A stretch of 64,000 nt of DNA from Candidatus Bathyarchaeota archaeon (GTDB taxonomy: Archaea > Thermoproteota > Bathyarchaeia > 40CM-2-53-6), in assembly GCA_963733055.1 (NCBI GenBank), contig CAVTBR010000001.1, forward strand, positions 1,408,001-1,472,000. Reading direction: 5' to 3'. This document shows, in pieces, positions 41,407-51,001 of the stretch; position 1 is the stretch's first letter, and each line of letters starts with the position of its first letter. The position numbers and the translations under genes are program-made. The notes under the pieces are model-generated. The model was not told the DNA's origin, searched no databases, and saw only the letters and a list, made by a program, of their open reading frames with translations.

Positions 41407-42360
41407 GTGTCTAATTTGCAATTTGGTGTGAAGACGGGACAGGGTGGATATTCGTACGATGAATTGTTGAAAGTCTGGACCGCGGCAGAAGAGCTTGGGT
41501 ACGAATCGGCCTGGTTGTATGACCACTTCTACGCGCTCGGTGACAAGACACAACCCTGCCTAGAAGCTTGGACGACCCTTGCTGCGCTGGCCGCTATGAC
41601 AAAGAGTCTGAAAATTGGAACGATGGTCACTTGCGTCAATTACAGGCATCCTTCTTTGCTGGCGAAAATGGCCACAACGGTCGACCTACTGAGTCACGGA
41701 CGATTAATCCTTGGAATAGGTGCCGGATGGAACGAGGAAGAATACCGAAGTTATGGATACGATTTCCCCGACCAAGCCACAAGAATGAAGCAACTGAAAG
41801 AAGCGCTGATAATAATTCAGAAACTATGGACCGAAGAGAACACGTCCTTCGAGGGGAAGTTTTACACAATTCGAAATGCCATAAGCTCCCCCAAACCCAT
41901 ACAGAAACCGCGACCTAAGATCCTAGTTGGCATCGCTAGTGGCCGGAGAACTTTGCCGTTTCTCGCGATCCGATACGCCGACGGCCTCAATGCAACCTCT
42001 AGTTCGTTGAGCGAGGTCGACGCCATTATCCAATCCGCCCTTCGCTACTGCGAAAAACTCGGTAAGAAGAAGGATGAATTGATCATATCTTGGCAGGGTT
42101 TTCTCCTGATCGGAGAAAACGAGTCCGAGGTCGAAGCGTATGTCGAGAAAGGAGCAAAGGAAAGAGGGAAGTCGGTGTCGGAATTCAGGAAGTCCCTGCT
42201 CGATAGGGGGGTTATTGTTGGGCCTCCGGATGTTTGCGTGAATCAGTTGAGAAGATTCAAAGATTTGGGGGTGAAGACCTTCGTCCTTGGCTTTACGGGG
42301 GACACCGAGATCCGGCCCCTAGAAACCTTTAGGGACAGGGTGATTCCTCAGTTAAGGTGA
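41407..42360 (+). CDS. LLM-class (F420-dependent-like) oxidoreductase
   Basis: W.YDHF, EAWTTLAALA, YRHPSLLAKMA.TVD.LS.GRL.LGIGAGW; GTG start inferred. Confidence 0.9.
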   Translation: MSNLQFGVKTGQGGYSYDELLKVWTAAEELGYESAWLYDHFYALGDKTQPCLEAWTTLAALAAMTKSLKIGTMVTCVNYRHPSLLAKMATTVDLLSHGRLILGIGAGWNEEEYRSYGYDFPDQATRMKQLKEALIIIQKLWTEENTSFEGKFYTIRNAISSPKPIQKPRPKILVGIASGRRTLPFLAIRYADGLNATSSSLSEVDAIIQSALRYCEKLGKKKDELIISWQGFLLIGENESEVEAYVEKGAKERGKSVSEFRKSLLDRGVIVGPPDVCVNQLRRFKDLGVKTFVLGFTGDTEIRPLETFRDRVIPQLR

Positions 42361-42365
42361 GCGCC

Positions 42366-42452
42366 ATGAGCGATGAAGTAGTTGCACCGATCGATGCCCC
42401 GCCGACCAACCGTAAACCGAAGAAGCGTTCAAAGCCAAAGCGCAAGCGGTAG
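42366..42452 (+). CDS. Putative basic microprotein (28 aa)
   Basis: MSDEVVAPIDAPPTNRKPKKRSKPKRKR fills the gap between two co-oriented genes. Confidence 0.4.
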   Translation: MSDEVVAPIDAPPTNRKPKKRSKPKRKR

Positions 42453-42461
42453 GCATCCCAG

Positions 42462-43205
42462 TTGAGACTCACCTTTCTGGGCTCAGGAGGGTCGGCCGTC
42501 AGTGCGAAGCGAGCCTGCCCTTCCATGCTTGTGGATGACTCAATCGTCTTTGACCTTGGGCCGGGAGCGCTTGGGAACATACGCCGATCTAGACTCGAGA
42601 CCGAGCGCATATCATCCATCTTCATCTCCCACTGCCATGCAGATCACATATCGGACCTCATCCCGTTCCTGTGGGCCATTCAGATCGACGGGCGCAAGAA
42701 CCCACTACAAATCACCGGACCGCCGGGATTCAAACTAATCTTACAGAAACTGCGAGAGTGCACGAATACACCGGACACATTCTTCACGTTCCCCTTGACA
42801 ATTACCGAGATACAGTTCGGCGACAGAGTTGGCGACATTCAAACCTGCCTAACAGACCACAGTGTCCCCACCTTAGCATTCAGGCTTGATTCACAAGGAA
42901 AATCGATCTGCTACGGCGCTGACACAATCTATTCACCCGTACTCATCCGATTGGCACGGGATGTAGACCTCCTAGTCCACGAAGCAACATTCCTCGAGGA
43001 CCAGGCTCCGATCGCGGAATTAACCAAGCACTCCACCGCACGAATGGCCGGAAGGACTGGAAAAGAAGCGGGTGCAGGGAAGTTGGCGTTGTTCCATATT
43101 CCTCCCCCTAACGATCACAGGGAGGACGAATTCATGCATGAGGCCACTCAGGAATATGGAAGCGAGGTGACGCTCGCAACGGATTTGGCCCAAATCGAGA
43201 TTTGA
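42462..43205 (+). CDS. RNase Z-like metallo-beta-lactamase fold hydrolase
   Basis: FLGSGG, SHCHADH, ADT, HEATF, HST, LFH. Confidence 0.88.
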   Translation: MRLTFLGSGGSAVSAKRACPSMLVDDSIVFDLGPGALGNIRRSRLETERISSIFISHCHADHISDLIPFLWAIQIDGRKNPLQITGPPGFKLILQKLRECTNTPDTFFTFPLTITEIQFGDRVGDIQTCLTDHSVPTLAFRLDSQGKSICYGADTIYSPVLIRLARDVDLLVHEATFLEDQAPIAELTKHSTARMAGRTGKEAGAGKLALFHIPPPNDHREDEFMHEATQEYGSEVTLATDLAQIEI

Positions 43206-43269
43206 GCGTTGTCGGAATTATAGCTTAAATTCCGAATCATCATAGTTGCAATGACAAGGAGTCAAACCA

Positions 43270-44745
43270 ATGAAAGCCGAGGAGACCTCCAGGCAATCAT
43301 TTCTATCGAAGTTCAGGGACATACAAGTTGCGTTAACATTTCGCGATGTAGTAATTCTTCCCGGAAGAGCTGAAGTTGAGCCTAGCGAAGTCGACGTGCA
43401 CACGCGTGTAACAAAGACGCATGCACTCAATATTCCGTTTGTGTCGTCGCCGATGGACACGGTCACGGAGAGCGACATGGCGATCGCGATTGCGCGGCAA
43501 GGTGGGCTGGGTGTTGTTCACAGAAACTGCTCTACAGAAGAGCAGGTGCAGATGGTAAAGCGAGTCAAAAGAGCAGAGGCACTCGTAATACGGGACGTGG
43601 TAACGGTCACGCCTACCAACACAGTCGGGCAAACGTTAGCGCTCATGGAGCAACACAACATCTCGGGTTTTCCTGTGGTTGATGGGACGAAGCTCGTTGG
43701 CATAGTGACGGGTCGTGACCTACGATTTTCACAGCCCGCCCTACTTGTGAAGCAGGTTATGACTAAGGATGTCGTAAAAGCAGAGGAGGGAACGACGTTG
43801 GAGGAGGCCCAACGTCTGCTTCACGATAATAAGATCGAGAAATTGCCAATCGTTAACGAGGTCGGCGAACTTTCAGGCCTAATGACCTTCAAAGACATAC
43901 TCTTGAGGGGGAAATACCCCGACGCTGCACGGGACGAGACCGGCCATCTCTTATGCGCCGCAGCCGTGTCGCCCTTCGACTTGGATAGGGCGAAGAAGCT
44001 CGACGAATACGCTGACATTCTAATCACGGACGTTTCACATTTCCATAATGAAAACGTCTTCAGAGCCACCAAGAAAATCCTGGCGGAAGTTTCAGCCGAC
44101 GTCATTGTTGGAAACATAGGAACCTTCGAAGCGGCTGAAGACGTGATCACGGAATTGGAACATGTAAGCGGCTTCAGGGTGGGTATTGGATCGGGGTCAA
44201 TCTGTACGACGGCAGAGATAACAAAAGCTGGATCACCAACCCTGTTCGCAACCGCTCAGGTTTCGGATGCGGTGGAGAAATATGCGGCTAAGATACCGAT
44301 AATCGCTGATGGGGGCATCCGAACTCCTGGTGATGTGGCAATCGCTCTGACCGCTGGCGCGTCTGCTGTAATGATTGGAAACCTCTTTGCCAGGTGTAAG
44401 GAATCCCCTGGAACTCTGATTACGATCGGAGGCCGATACTACAAACAATACCGGGGCATGGGAAGTCCAACTGCACGTGCGAAGAGGTACTCGCTCGACC
44501 GCTACAGCATGCCCTCCAAAGGCGTCCCAGAAGGAGTTGAGGGTTGGGTTCCCTACAAGGGCGAAGTCACGAATGCTCTCGACGAATTAGTCTCGGGCCT
44601 CCGCGCATCAATGGGATACGCCGGCGCACGGAATATCGAGGAACTTTGGAGCAAGGCAAAGTTAGCCGCGCTAAGCCCATCAGGCGCTCAAGAAGCAGGA
44701 CCCCACGACATACTGCTACCCAGCGAATCACAAGATAGATTGTAG
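43270..44745 (+). CDS. guaB: IMP dehydrogenase with CBS pair
   Basis: SSPMDTVTE, VGIGSGSICTT, IADGGI, YRGMGS, PEGVEG. Confidence 0.95.
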   Translation: MKAEETSRQSFLSKFRDIQVALTFRDVVILPGRAEVEPSEVDVHTRVTKTHALNIPFVSSPMDTVTESDMAIAIARQGGLGVVHRNCSTEEQVQMVKRVKRAEALVIRDVVTVTPTNTVGQTLALMEQHNISGFPVVDGTKLVGIVTGRDLRFSQPALLVKQVMTKDVVKAEEGTTLEEAQRLLHDNKIEKLPIVNEVGELSGLMTFKDILLRGKYPDAARDETGHLLCAAAVSPFDLDRAKKLDEYADILITDVSHFHNENVFRATKKILAEVSADVIVGNIGTFEAAEDVITELEHVSGFRVGIGSGSICTTAEITKAGSPTLFATAQVSDAVEKYAAKIPIIADGGIRTPGDVAIALTAGASAVMIGNLFARCKESPGTLITIGGRYYKQYRGMGSPTARAKRYSLDRYSMPSKGVPEGVEGWVPYKGEVTNALDELVSGLRASMGYAGARNIEELWSKAKLAALSPSGAQEAGPHDILLPSESQDRL

Positions 44746-44809
44746 ATTGGAAGACCGACATACACTGTTTATATAACCTCTGTCATACTCGGAATCGTGG
44801 AACTATTCT

Positions 44810-45193
44810 ATGCCTATGATTCTCCCTGAAGAGCTAGCTTCGAAATCCGTAATCCCAGCTATCCGGGCGTTGGTTGTGAAGCGCCTCGTCGAGGAGCATG
44901 GGATGACTCAACAGGAGGCGGCGAAACTTCTTGGAGTAACGCAACCAGCCGTCAGCAAATACCTTCACGAAAAGCGCGGCGCAGCGATCAAGCTCAAGGG
45001 AATAAAGGAGGTTGACCAAGCAACGGGAGAGATCGCGCAGCTTGTATCGACGCAAAAGGTCCCCCAGATTGAGGTCATGAGTAAGATCGAGGCAGCATGC
45101 GACTACGTTCGGAGAAACAGGTACATGTGCGACCTTCACAAGAAACTCGAACCAACCATGGACGTAGACTCCTGCCACGTATGCGAACAGTGA
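44810..45193 (+). CDS. HTH transcriptional regulator with C-terminal Cys/His motif
   Basis: IPAIRA, TQQEAAKLLGVTQPAVSKY, CDLH...CHVC. Confidence 0.88.
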   Translation: MPMILPEELASKSVIPAIRALVVKRLVEEHGMTQQEAAKLLGVTQPAVSKYLHEKRGAAIKLKGIKEVDQATGEIAQLVSTQKVPQIEVMSKIEAACDYVRRNRYMCDLHKKLEPTMDVDSCHVCEQ

Positions 45194-45237
45194 TCAAAGC
45201 GGTTAACGCGATTACAGAATCGCCGGTGTTTTGATTA

Positions 45238-45699
45238 ATGGACATAAAAGTGAAAGCGGGAGACCCAGCTCCTGATTTTGAAGGCCCAACATCAGATGGA
45301 AGTAAGCTGGGGCTGAAGGACTTTGTAGGAAAGAAGAACGTAGTACTCTACTTCTACCCCAAGGATGACACACCCGGGTGCACAAGGGAAGCGTGCAGCT
45401 TCAGGGACAACCTGCAACCGATCAGGGACATGGGTGCGGAAATTATTGGAGTCAGCTTGGACAGCATCCAGTCTCACGGTAGGTTCGCTTCAAAATATGG
45501 GCTAAAGTTTCCACTCATCAGCGATAAGGAGAAACGAATCGCCAACGCGTATGGAGTCCTTAAGGACACGGGAACGGGCGCAAGCCGCGTAACATTCATC
45601 ATCGACAAGTCAGGTAAGATTGCGAAAGTGTTCCCGAAAGTCGACGTAACGAAGCACACCGAGGAAGTTGTGTCCGCTCTGAAAGAGCTGGCTTCGTAG
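45238..45699 (+). CDS. bcp: Peroxiredoxin Bcp
   Basis: YFYPKDDTPGCTREAC.FRD. Confidence 0.95.
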   Translation: MDIKVKAGDPAPDFEGPTSDGSKLGLKDFVGKKNVVLYFYPKDDTPGCTREACSFRDNLQPIRDMGAEIIGVSLDSIQSHGRFASKYGLKFPLISDKEKRIANAYGVLKDTGTGASRVTFIIDKSGKIAKVFPKVDVTKHTEEVVSALKELAS

Positions 45700-45804
45700 C
45701 CCGTGCAGTCATGTCTGTCATTGATGCGACATGTCCCAATAAGTCGACAAAGTTTTTCAATGGTGTAGGCACCCCCGTGTGCGTAGCCTAACGGTCGGGA
45801 TAGA

Positions 45805-46323
45805 ATGAGCCAGGAAACTCTCCAGGACTTCGCTGGGGTTTGGATTGGGAAGATAAGCGAAGTTGTTAGGTCGATAACTGGCTCGGGCCCGATCAAGTTC
45901 ATGATCAACTGGAGCCGCATGTACGCCCTCTGGCCAGTTCACATCACAACCGCTTGTTGCAGCGCTGAGTTTGGCGCGATGATGGGCCCACGCTTGGACC
46001 CCGAGAGGTTCGGATTTCAAGCGGTAGCCGGTGGGCTGAGGCAGTGCGATCTCATCATCGTCGAAGGTACAGTCACGAAGAAGATGGCGAAGCGGTTGAA
46101 GATAGTTTACGAGCAGATGGCGAAACCACGGTACGTAATCGCGATGGGAGACTGCGCGTGTTCCGGTGGACTGTTTCACGATTCATACAGCATAGTAAAC
46201 GACGTCCACAAAATCTTCCCAGTAGACGTATACATCCCCGGATGCCCCCCAAGGCCCGAAGCGCTCCTCAGCGCAATCGTGAAGCTACGCGAGAAGATCC
46301 GCAGAGAAGAGGTATTCGCCTAG
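45805..46323 (+). CDS. nuoB: Complex I-like subunit B
   Basis: TACCSAE, IAMGDCACSGG, PGCPPRPE. Confidence 0.94.
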   Translation: MSQETLQDFAGVWIGKISEVVRSITGSGPIKFMINWSRMYALWPVHITTACCSAEFGAMMGPRLDPERFGFQAVAGGLRQCDLIIVEGTVTKKMAKRLKIVYEQMAKPRYVIAMGDCACSGGLFHDSYSIVNDVHKIFPVDVYIPGCPPRPEALLSAIVKLREKIRREEVFA

Positions 46324-46817
46324 TGGCCACCCAAACCCCTACTAGAGAAGAAGACTTAGTGAACAAGCTGAAGACACATTTCCCGGACGCGATCAAAGAT
46401 TCGAAGATCGAAGGAAAGCATCGCATAACAATCCACTTCGACAAGGATAAGCTGCTTGACATCGCGCGGTACATGTGCGACGAACTTGGCTTCGACCACG
46501 TCAAGGGAGTGGCTGGCGTCGACGACCCAACACACAAGAAGATCGAGGTCCTCTACTTCACGGGTTCGTTCTCAAAACCAGAGATAGAAGATCTAATCGT
46601 GATTCTACAAGCTGACCTACCTCGCGACAACCCGACGATCGCCTCAGCCACCTCCGTATGGGAGAGCACTCATTTTCACGAACGGGAGACTTTCGAAATG
46701 TTCGGTGTAAAGTTCGAAGGACACCCGGACCTTAGAAAACTGTTGACTCTAGATAACTGGGAAGGACCACCGCCGATGCTGAAGGATATCAAATTCCCAG
46801 AGATGGGACAGCGATGA
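46323..46817 (+). CDS. nuoC: Complex I-like subunit C
   Basis: HERETFEMFGVKFEGHPDLRKLL; GTG start at 46323. Confidence 0.92.
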   Translation: MATQTPTREEDLVNKLKTHFPDAIKDSKIEGKHRITIHFDKDKLLDIARYMCDELGFDHVKGVAGVDDPTHKKIEVLYFTGSFSKPEIEDLIVILQADLPRDNPTIASATSVWESTHFHERETFEMFGVKFEGHPDLRKLLTLDNWEGPPPMLKDIKFPEMGQR

Positions 46818-47968
46818 CCACAAACCCGGCCCCGGACCAAATGAAGCCTCCTCCCTCGCAAATCACTATGACGGCCGCGAAGGAACCTGGAACGCTGGAT
46901 GTGTCGGTTGGGCCGCAACACCCGGGCTCAGGCCACTTACGAATGCTCATGCGCGTTGACGGCGATTACATAGTCGGCGTCGACCCAGATATTGGATATG
47001 TTCACCGTGGCTGTGAGAAGATCGCCGAATACCGAACCGCAGTGAGCAACATCCCACATTTAGAGAGGCCTTGCATCATCGATGCAATCCACCTCAACTG
47101 GGGCTATGTTATGCCAATCGAGGAAATGCAGGGGGTGGTGGTTCCTCCACGCGGGCAGTACATCTCTACGATAGCCGCGGAGATGAACCGTATCATGAGC
47201 CACCTGTACTGGTTGGCAATCAACGCCGGCGTATTCTCAGGCCACACAACGATCTTCATGTACGCTTTCGGGGACCGGGACCTGTTCATAGAATTGGCTG
47301 AGATGTTGACCGGTGCCAGGTTAACCTACTCGTTCCTTGCACCCGGAGGACCGAGACGTGACCTTCCCGCAGAATTCCAAGACCGCCTCCTCAAACTGCT
47401 CGACTATTTCGAGAGGCGGCTCGTCGAATACGACCGCATATTCTTCAGCAACCCACTCGTCATCGCCCGAGCGAAAGGCATAGGCACACTCAAGCGCGAA
47501 GAGGCCATAAAGCTCGGCCTCACGGGCCCTGTTCTCCGCGGGTCGGGCGTCAAATACGATGTTCGTAAGGTGGAGCCATACGGCGCCTACGCTGACCTAG
47601 ATTTTGAAATCCCGGTTTTCGAAGAAGGCGACTCCTACGCGCGATTCCTAGTTCGATTCGAAGAGATGAAACAGAGCATCAAGATAATTCGCCAAGCACT
47701 GGAGAAGATGCCAAAGGGACCGATCGCACGAAAAGCTCCTCTGATTATACCGGAGGGGGAAGCGGTCGGCCGCGTTGAATCCTCCCGCGGTGAACTAACT
47801 TACATGGTCAAGGGCGACAACAGCGATAAACCGAGCAGAGTGAAAATCATGAACGGTTCGTTTCGAACCCTCATCGCATTGCCCTACCTAATTCGAAACG
47901 TCCACGTCGCAGACATGCCAATAATTTACGGCAGCTTAGACTACTGGCCCGTAGAGGCGGACCGCTAA
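46814..47968 (+). CDS. nuoD: Complex I-like subunit D
   Basis: GPQHP, GYVHRGCEK, GPVLRGSG, ESSRGE, EADR end; no NiFe CxxC pairs. Confidence 0.93.
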   Translation: MTTNPAPDQMKPPPSQITMTAAKEPGTLDVSVGPQHPGSGHLRMLMRVDGDYIVGVDPDIGYVHRGCEKIAEYRTAVSNIPHLERPCIIDAIHLNWGYVMPIEEMQGVVVPPRGQYISTIAAEMNRIMSHLYWLAINAGVFSGHTTIFMYAFGDRDLFIELAEMLTGARLTYSFLAPGGPRRDLPAEFQDRLLKLLDYFERRLVEYDRIFFSNPLVIARAKGIGTLKREEAIKLGLTGPVLRGSGVKYDVRKVEPYGAYADLDFEIPVFEEGDSYARFLVRFEEMKQSIKIIRQALEKMPKGPIARKAPLIIPEGEAVGRVESSRGELTYMVKGDNSDKPSRVKIMNGSFRTLIALPYLIRNVHVADMPIIYGSLDYWPVEADR

Positions 47969-47982
47969 AGAGGTTTCCCCCC

Positions 47983-48471
47983 ATGGTTTTCGCGGCTATG
48001 TACGAAGGAATCAAGCACATCTTCAAACGAACATTCACAATGAAATACCCCTACCAGAAAATACAGCTACCCAAGGGGTACAGGGGAAGACACATCCTAT
48101 ACATGGAGAAGTGCACCGGATGCGGAATCTGCGCCTGGATCTGTCCCGAGAGGTGCATATCATTCGTCCCACCTGCAGATGGGAATGAACACCCGCAGAA
48201 CCCTGAGAATAGATTTCCACAGTACTGGTACGCACGCTGCTGTTTTTGTCATTTCTGCACAGATTATTGTCCCACTGGAGCATTGGATTACTCGCCAGAC
48301 TACGAACTTGCGGAATACGATCGTGAACTTCTCGTCTGGAGCCCCGAACGCCTTGCAAAGTTACCTACGAACAACGGCAATTACCGGTCGGAGTTTCATG
48401 GAGACAAGGGGCGCATGGGAGTCACTTACGAACGTGTGGACCCGCAACCTAAAGCTGCTGAGGCTCAGTGA
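47983..48471 (+). CDS. nuoI: Complex I-like subunit I (2x[4Fe-4S])
   Basis: CTGCGICAWICP and CCFCHFCTDYCP. Confidence 0.93.
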   Translation: MVFAAMYEGIKHIFKRTFTMKYPYQKIQLPKGYRGRHILYMEKCTGCGICAWICPERCISFVPPADGNEHPQNPENRFPQYWYARCCFCHFCTDYCPTGALDYSPDYELAEYDRELLVWSPERLAKLPTNNGNYRSEFHGDKGRMGVTYERVDPQPKAAEAQ

Positions 48472-48520
48472 GAACTCTTAGGAGCCGGTTCGCGATTTAC
48501 GTCGAAGATGTTGAGTAACT

Positions 48521-48631
48521 ATGTCGGATGTTACGGATCACATTCAACGTAATATTGAGAAGAGGACGAAGGCGCGGAAGCGGAAGCGCGGCCCTTATCG
48601 GAAGTCGTCGCCGCTGCCGATTGGGCTCTGA
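48521..48631 (+). CDS. Basic microprotein (36 aa) with RKRGPYRKS motif
   Basis: Manual translation MSDVTDHIQRNIEKRTKARKRKRGPYRKSSPLPIGL. Confidence 0.6.
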   Translation: MSDVTDHIQRNIEKRTKARKRKRGPYRKSSPLPIGL

Positions 48632-48707
48632 GCTTTTCATAACGTACGTCATATTTAATAGCGCCAAATTCCTCTACCCGAACAAAACCTGTACGGAATG
48701 AAAACGA

Positions 48708-49496
48708 ATGCCAACAACACTCGAAATCAAAGACCTTCATGCTAGCATCGAAGGCAAACAGATTCTGAAAGGAGTCAACCTGAAAGTTGCGCAAGGAGAA
48801 ATTCATGCGATCATGGGCCCAAACGGCTCGGGAAAGAGCACGTTAGCAAACACGCTGATGGGCCACCCGAAGTACAAAGTTGACAGCGGAGACATCCTGG
48901 TAGACGGGGAGAGTATCGTGGGCATGGCACCGGACCTTCGCGCGAAGAAAGGTCTCTTCTTAGCGTTCCAGTACCCTCTAGAAATTTCCGGCGTCCCACT
49001 CGCACAATTCCTCCGCTCAGCCTACAGATCGCTTCATGGCGAAGCGAAGAGCGACACCAAGGGCGTCGGGGGTGAGATGATCTCGGCTCTTGCATTCAAG
49101 AAGAAGCTGGAGGAGAAATTGAAAGAGGTTGATATGGACCCCGCATTTACGAAGCGGTACTTGAACGAAGGATTCTCGGGCGGCGAGAAGAAAAGGGCCG
49201 AGGTTCTTCAGATGGCAATTCTCCAACCCGCGATTGCGATTATGGATGAGACTGATTCGGGTTTGGATATTGATGCGGTTAGGAAGGTTGCTGAGGTTGT
49301 TGCGGGAATGGCTGGGCCGCAGATGGGCGTGCTATTGATCACGCATTATCAACGCATTCTTGAGTACATCAGGCCTCAGTTCGTGCACGTGATGGTGAAT
49401 GGCCGAATATTCAGGTCCGGCGGACCGGAATTGTCGAAGTTGCTTGAGGAGAAAGGGTATACGTGGATCGAGGAGGAGGCTGCTGCAACGGTTTGA
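48708..49496 (+). CDS. sufC: Fe-S assembly ATPase SufC
   Basis: GPNGSGKST, FQYP.EI.GV, NEGFSGGEKKR, DETDSGLDID. Confidence 0.96.
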   Translation: MPTTLEIKDLHASIEGKQILKGVNLKVAQGEIHAIMGPNGSGKSTLANTLMGHPKYKVDSGDILVDGESIVGMAPDLRAKKGLFLAFQYPLEISGVPLAQFLRSAYRSLHGEAKSDTKGVGGEMISALAFKKKLEEKLKEVDMDPAFTKRYLNEGFSGGEKKRAEVLQMAILQPAIAIMDETDSGLDIDAVRKVAEVVAGMAGPQMGVLLITHYQRILEYIRPQFVHVMVNGRIFRSGGPELSKLLEEKGYTWIEEEAAATV

Positions 49497-49543
49497 AGGG
49501 AACCCTTATTACGTATGTCATGCGAGGGGCTCAGTGATTAACG

Positions 49544-50947
49544 ATGGCGACCAAGCAGACCCTCGACATTGACTATACTAAGTACAACTTCCGAGACTCC
49601 ACCGAAGATTACGAGTACAAGTTTCCACCTGGATTGACCAGGGAAGTTGTCGAGAGAATTTCTAAGATAAAGAAGGAACCTGACTGGATGCTCCAGTTCA
49701 GGCTGCGCGCTTATGATCACTACTTGAAGAGGCCCTTGCCCATGTGGGGCGGGGACCTTACCACTCTCAAGTTCGACGAAATGCTATACTACGCAAGCCC
49801 CACCGAGAAGAAAAGCCGCTCATGGGAAGACGTCCCCCCGTACATCAAGAACACCTTCGACAAACTGGGAATACCAGAAGCCGAACAGAAGTTCTTGGGT
49901 GGCGTTGGAGCTCAATACGAATCCGAAGTCGTATACCACAGCCTCAGAGACGACCTCGCGAAGAAAGGAATCATCTTCAAGGACACCGACACGGCTCTAC
50001 GTGAAAACCCGGACATATTCAAGAAATATTTCGGGACCGTAGTTCCACCTGAGGATAACAAGTTCGCTGCGTTGAATAGCGCTGTTTGGAGTGGTGGAAG
50101 TTTCATCTATGTGCCACCGGGAGTCACGGTTGATGTGCCGCTTCAGGCATATTTCAGAATCAACACGCAGAACATGGGACAGTTTGAGCGAACGCTCATC
50201 ATAGCCGACGAGAACAGCCGAGTCCACTACATAGAAGGTTGCACAGCCCCAATCTACTCAACCGATTCACTGCACTCGGCGGTGGTTGAGATTATTGCTA
50301 GACCCGGCGCGCAGGTGCGTTACACTACTATCCAGAATTGGTCTGGAGACGTTTACAACTTGGTCACGAAGCGAGCCTACGCATACGCCAACGCGACTGT
50401 TGAATGGGTGGACGGAAACCTCGGCAGCAAACTCACAATGAAATATCCATCAATCTACTTGCTCGGACCGGGAGCGAAGGGAGAGATTCTCTCAGTAGCA
50501 TTCGCCGGCAAAGGCCAACACCAAGATGCAGGCGGAAAGATTGTACACATAGCCCCACGCACCACGTCCCGAATCACTTCCAAATCAGTCTCAAAGGATG
50601 GGGGAAGGACAACGTACAGAGGCCTCCTACACGTAGCCAAAGGAGCTAAGCAGGTTAGATCAACCGTCAGATGCGACGCCCTACTGCTCGACGAATATTC
50701 AAGGACGGATACTTACCCGTACAACGAGATCAACGAAGACGACGCAACAACAACCCACGAGGCTTCAGTAGGCAAGGTCGGCGAAGACCAACTGTTCTAC
50801 CTAATGTCCCGCGGACTCTCAGAGCAGGAAGCACTCAGCATGATCGTTATGGGATTCATGGAACCATTCACAAAGGAACTACCAATGGAATACGCCATCG
50901 AACTAAACAGACTCATACAAATGGAAATGGCCGGCTCAGTCGGCTAA
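49544..50947 (+). CDS. sufB: Fe-S assembly protein SufB
   Basis: [36 protein letters not shown]. Confidence 0.96.
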   Translation: MATKQTLDIDYTKYNFRDSTEDYEYKFPPGLTREVVERISKIKKEPDWMLQFRLRAYDHYLKRPLPMWGGDLTTLKFDEMLYYASPTEKKSRSWEDVPPYIKNTFDKLGIPEAEQKFLGGVGAQYESEVVYHSLRDDLAKKGIIFKDTDTALRENPDIFKKYFGTVVPPEDNKFAALNSAVWSGGSFIYVPPGVTVDVPLQAYFRINTQNMGQFERTLIIADENSRVHYIEGCTAPIYSTDSLHSAVVEIIARPGAQVRYTTIQNWSGDVYNLVTKRAYAYANATVEWVDGNLGSKLTMKYPSIYLLGPGAKGEILSVAFAGKGQHQDAGGKIVHIAPRTTSRITSKSVSKDGGRTTYRGLLHVAKGAKQVRSTVRCDALLLDEYSRTDTYPYNEINEDDATTTHEASVGKVGEDQLFYLMSRGLSEQEALSMIVMGFMEPFTKELPMEYAIELNRLIQMEMAGSVG

Positions 50948-51001
50948 ACCAACCCACCTTTAACTTGTACCGAACCCTACCGTCCGAGGCAGTGCATACT
51001 A

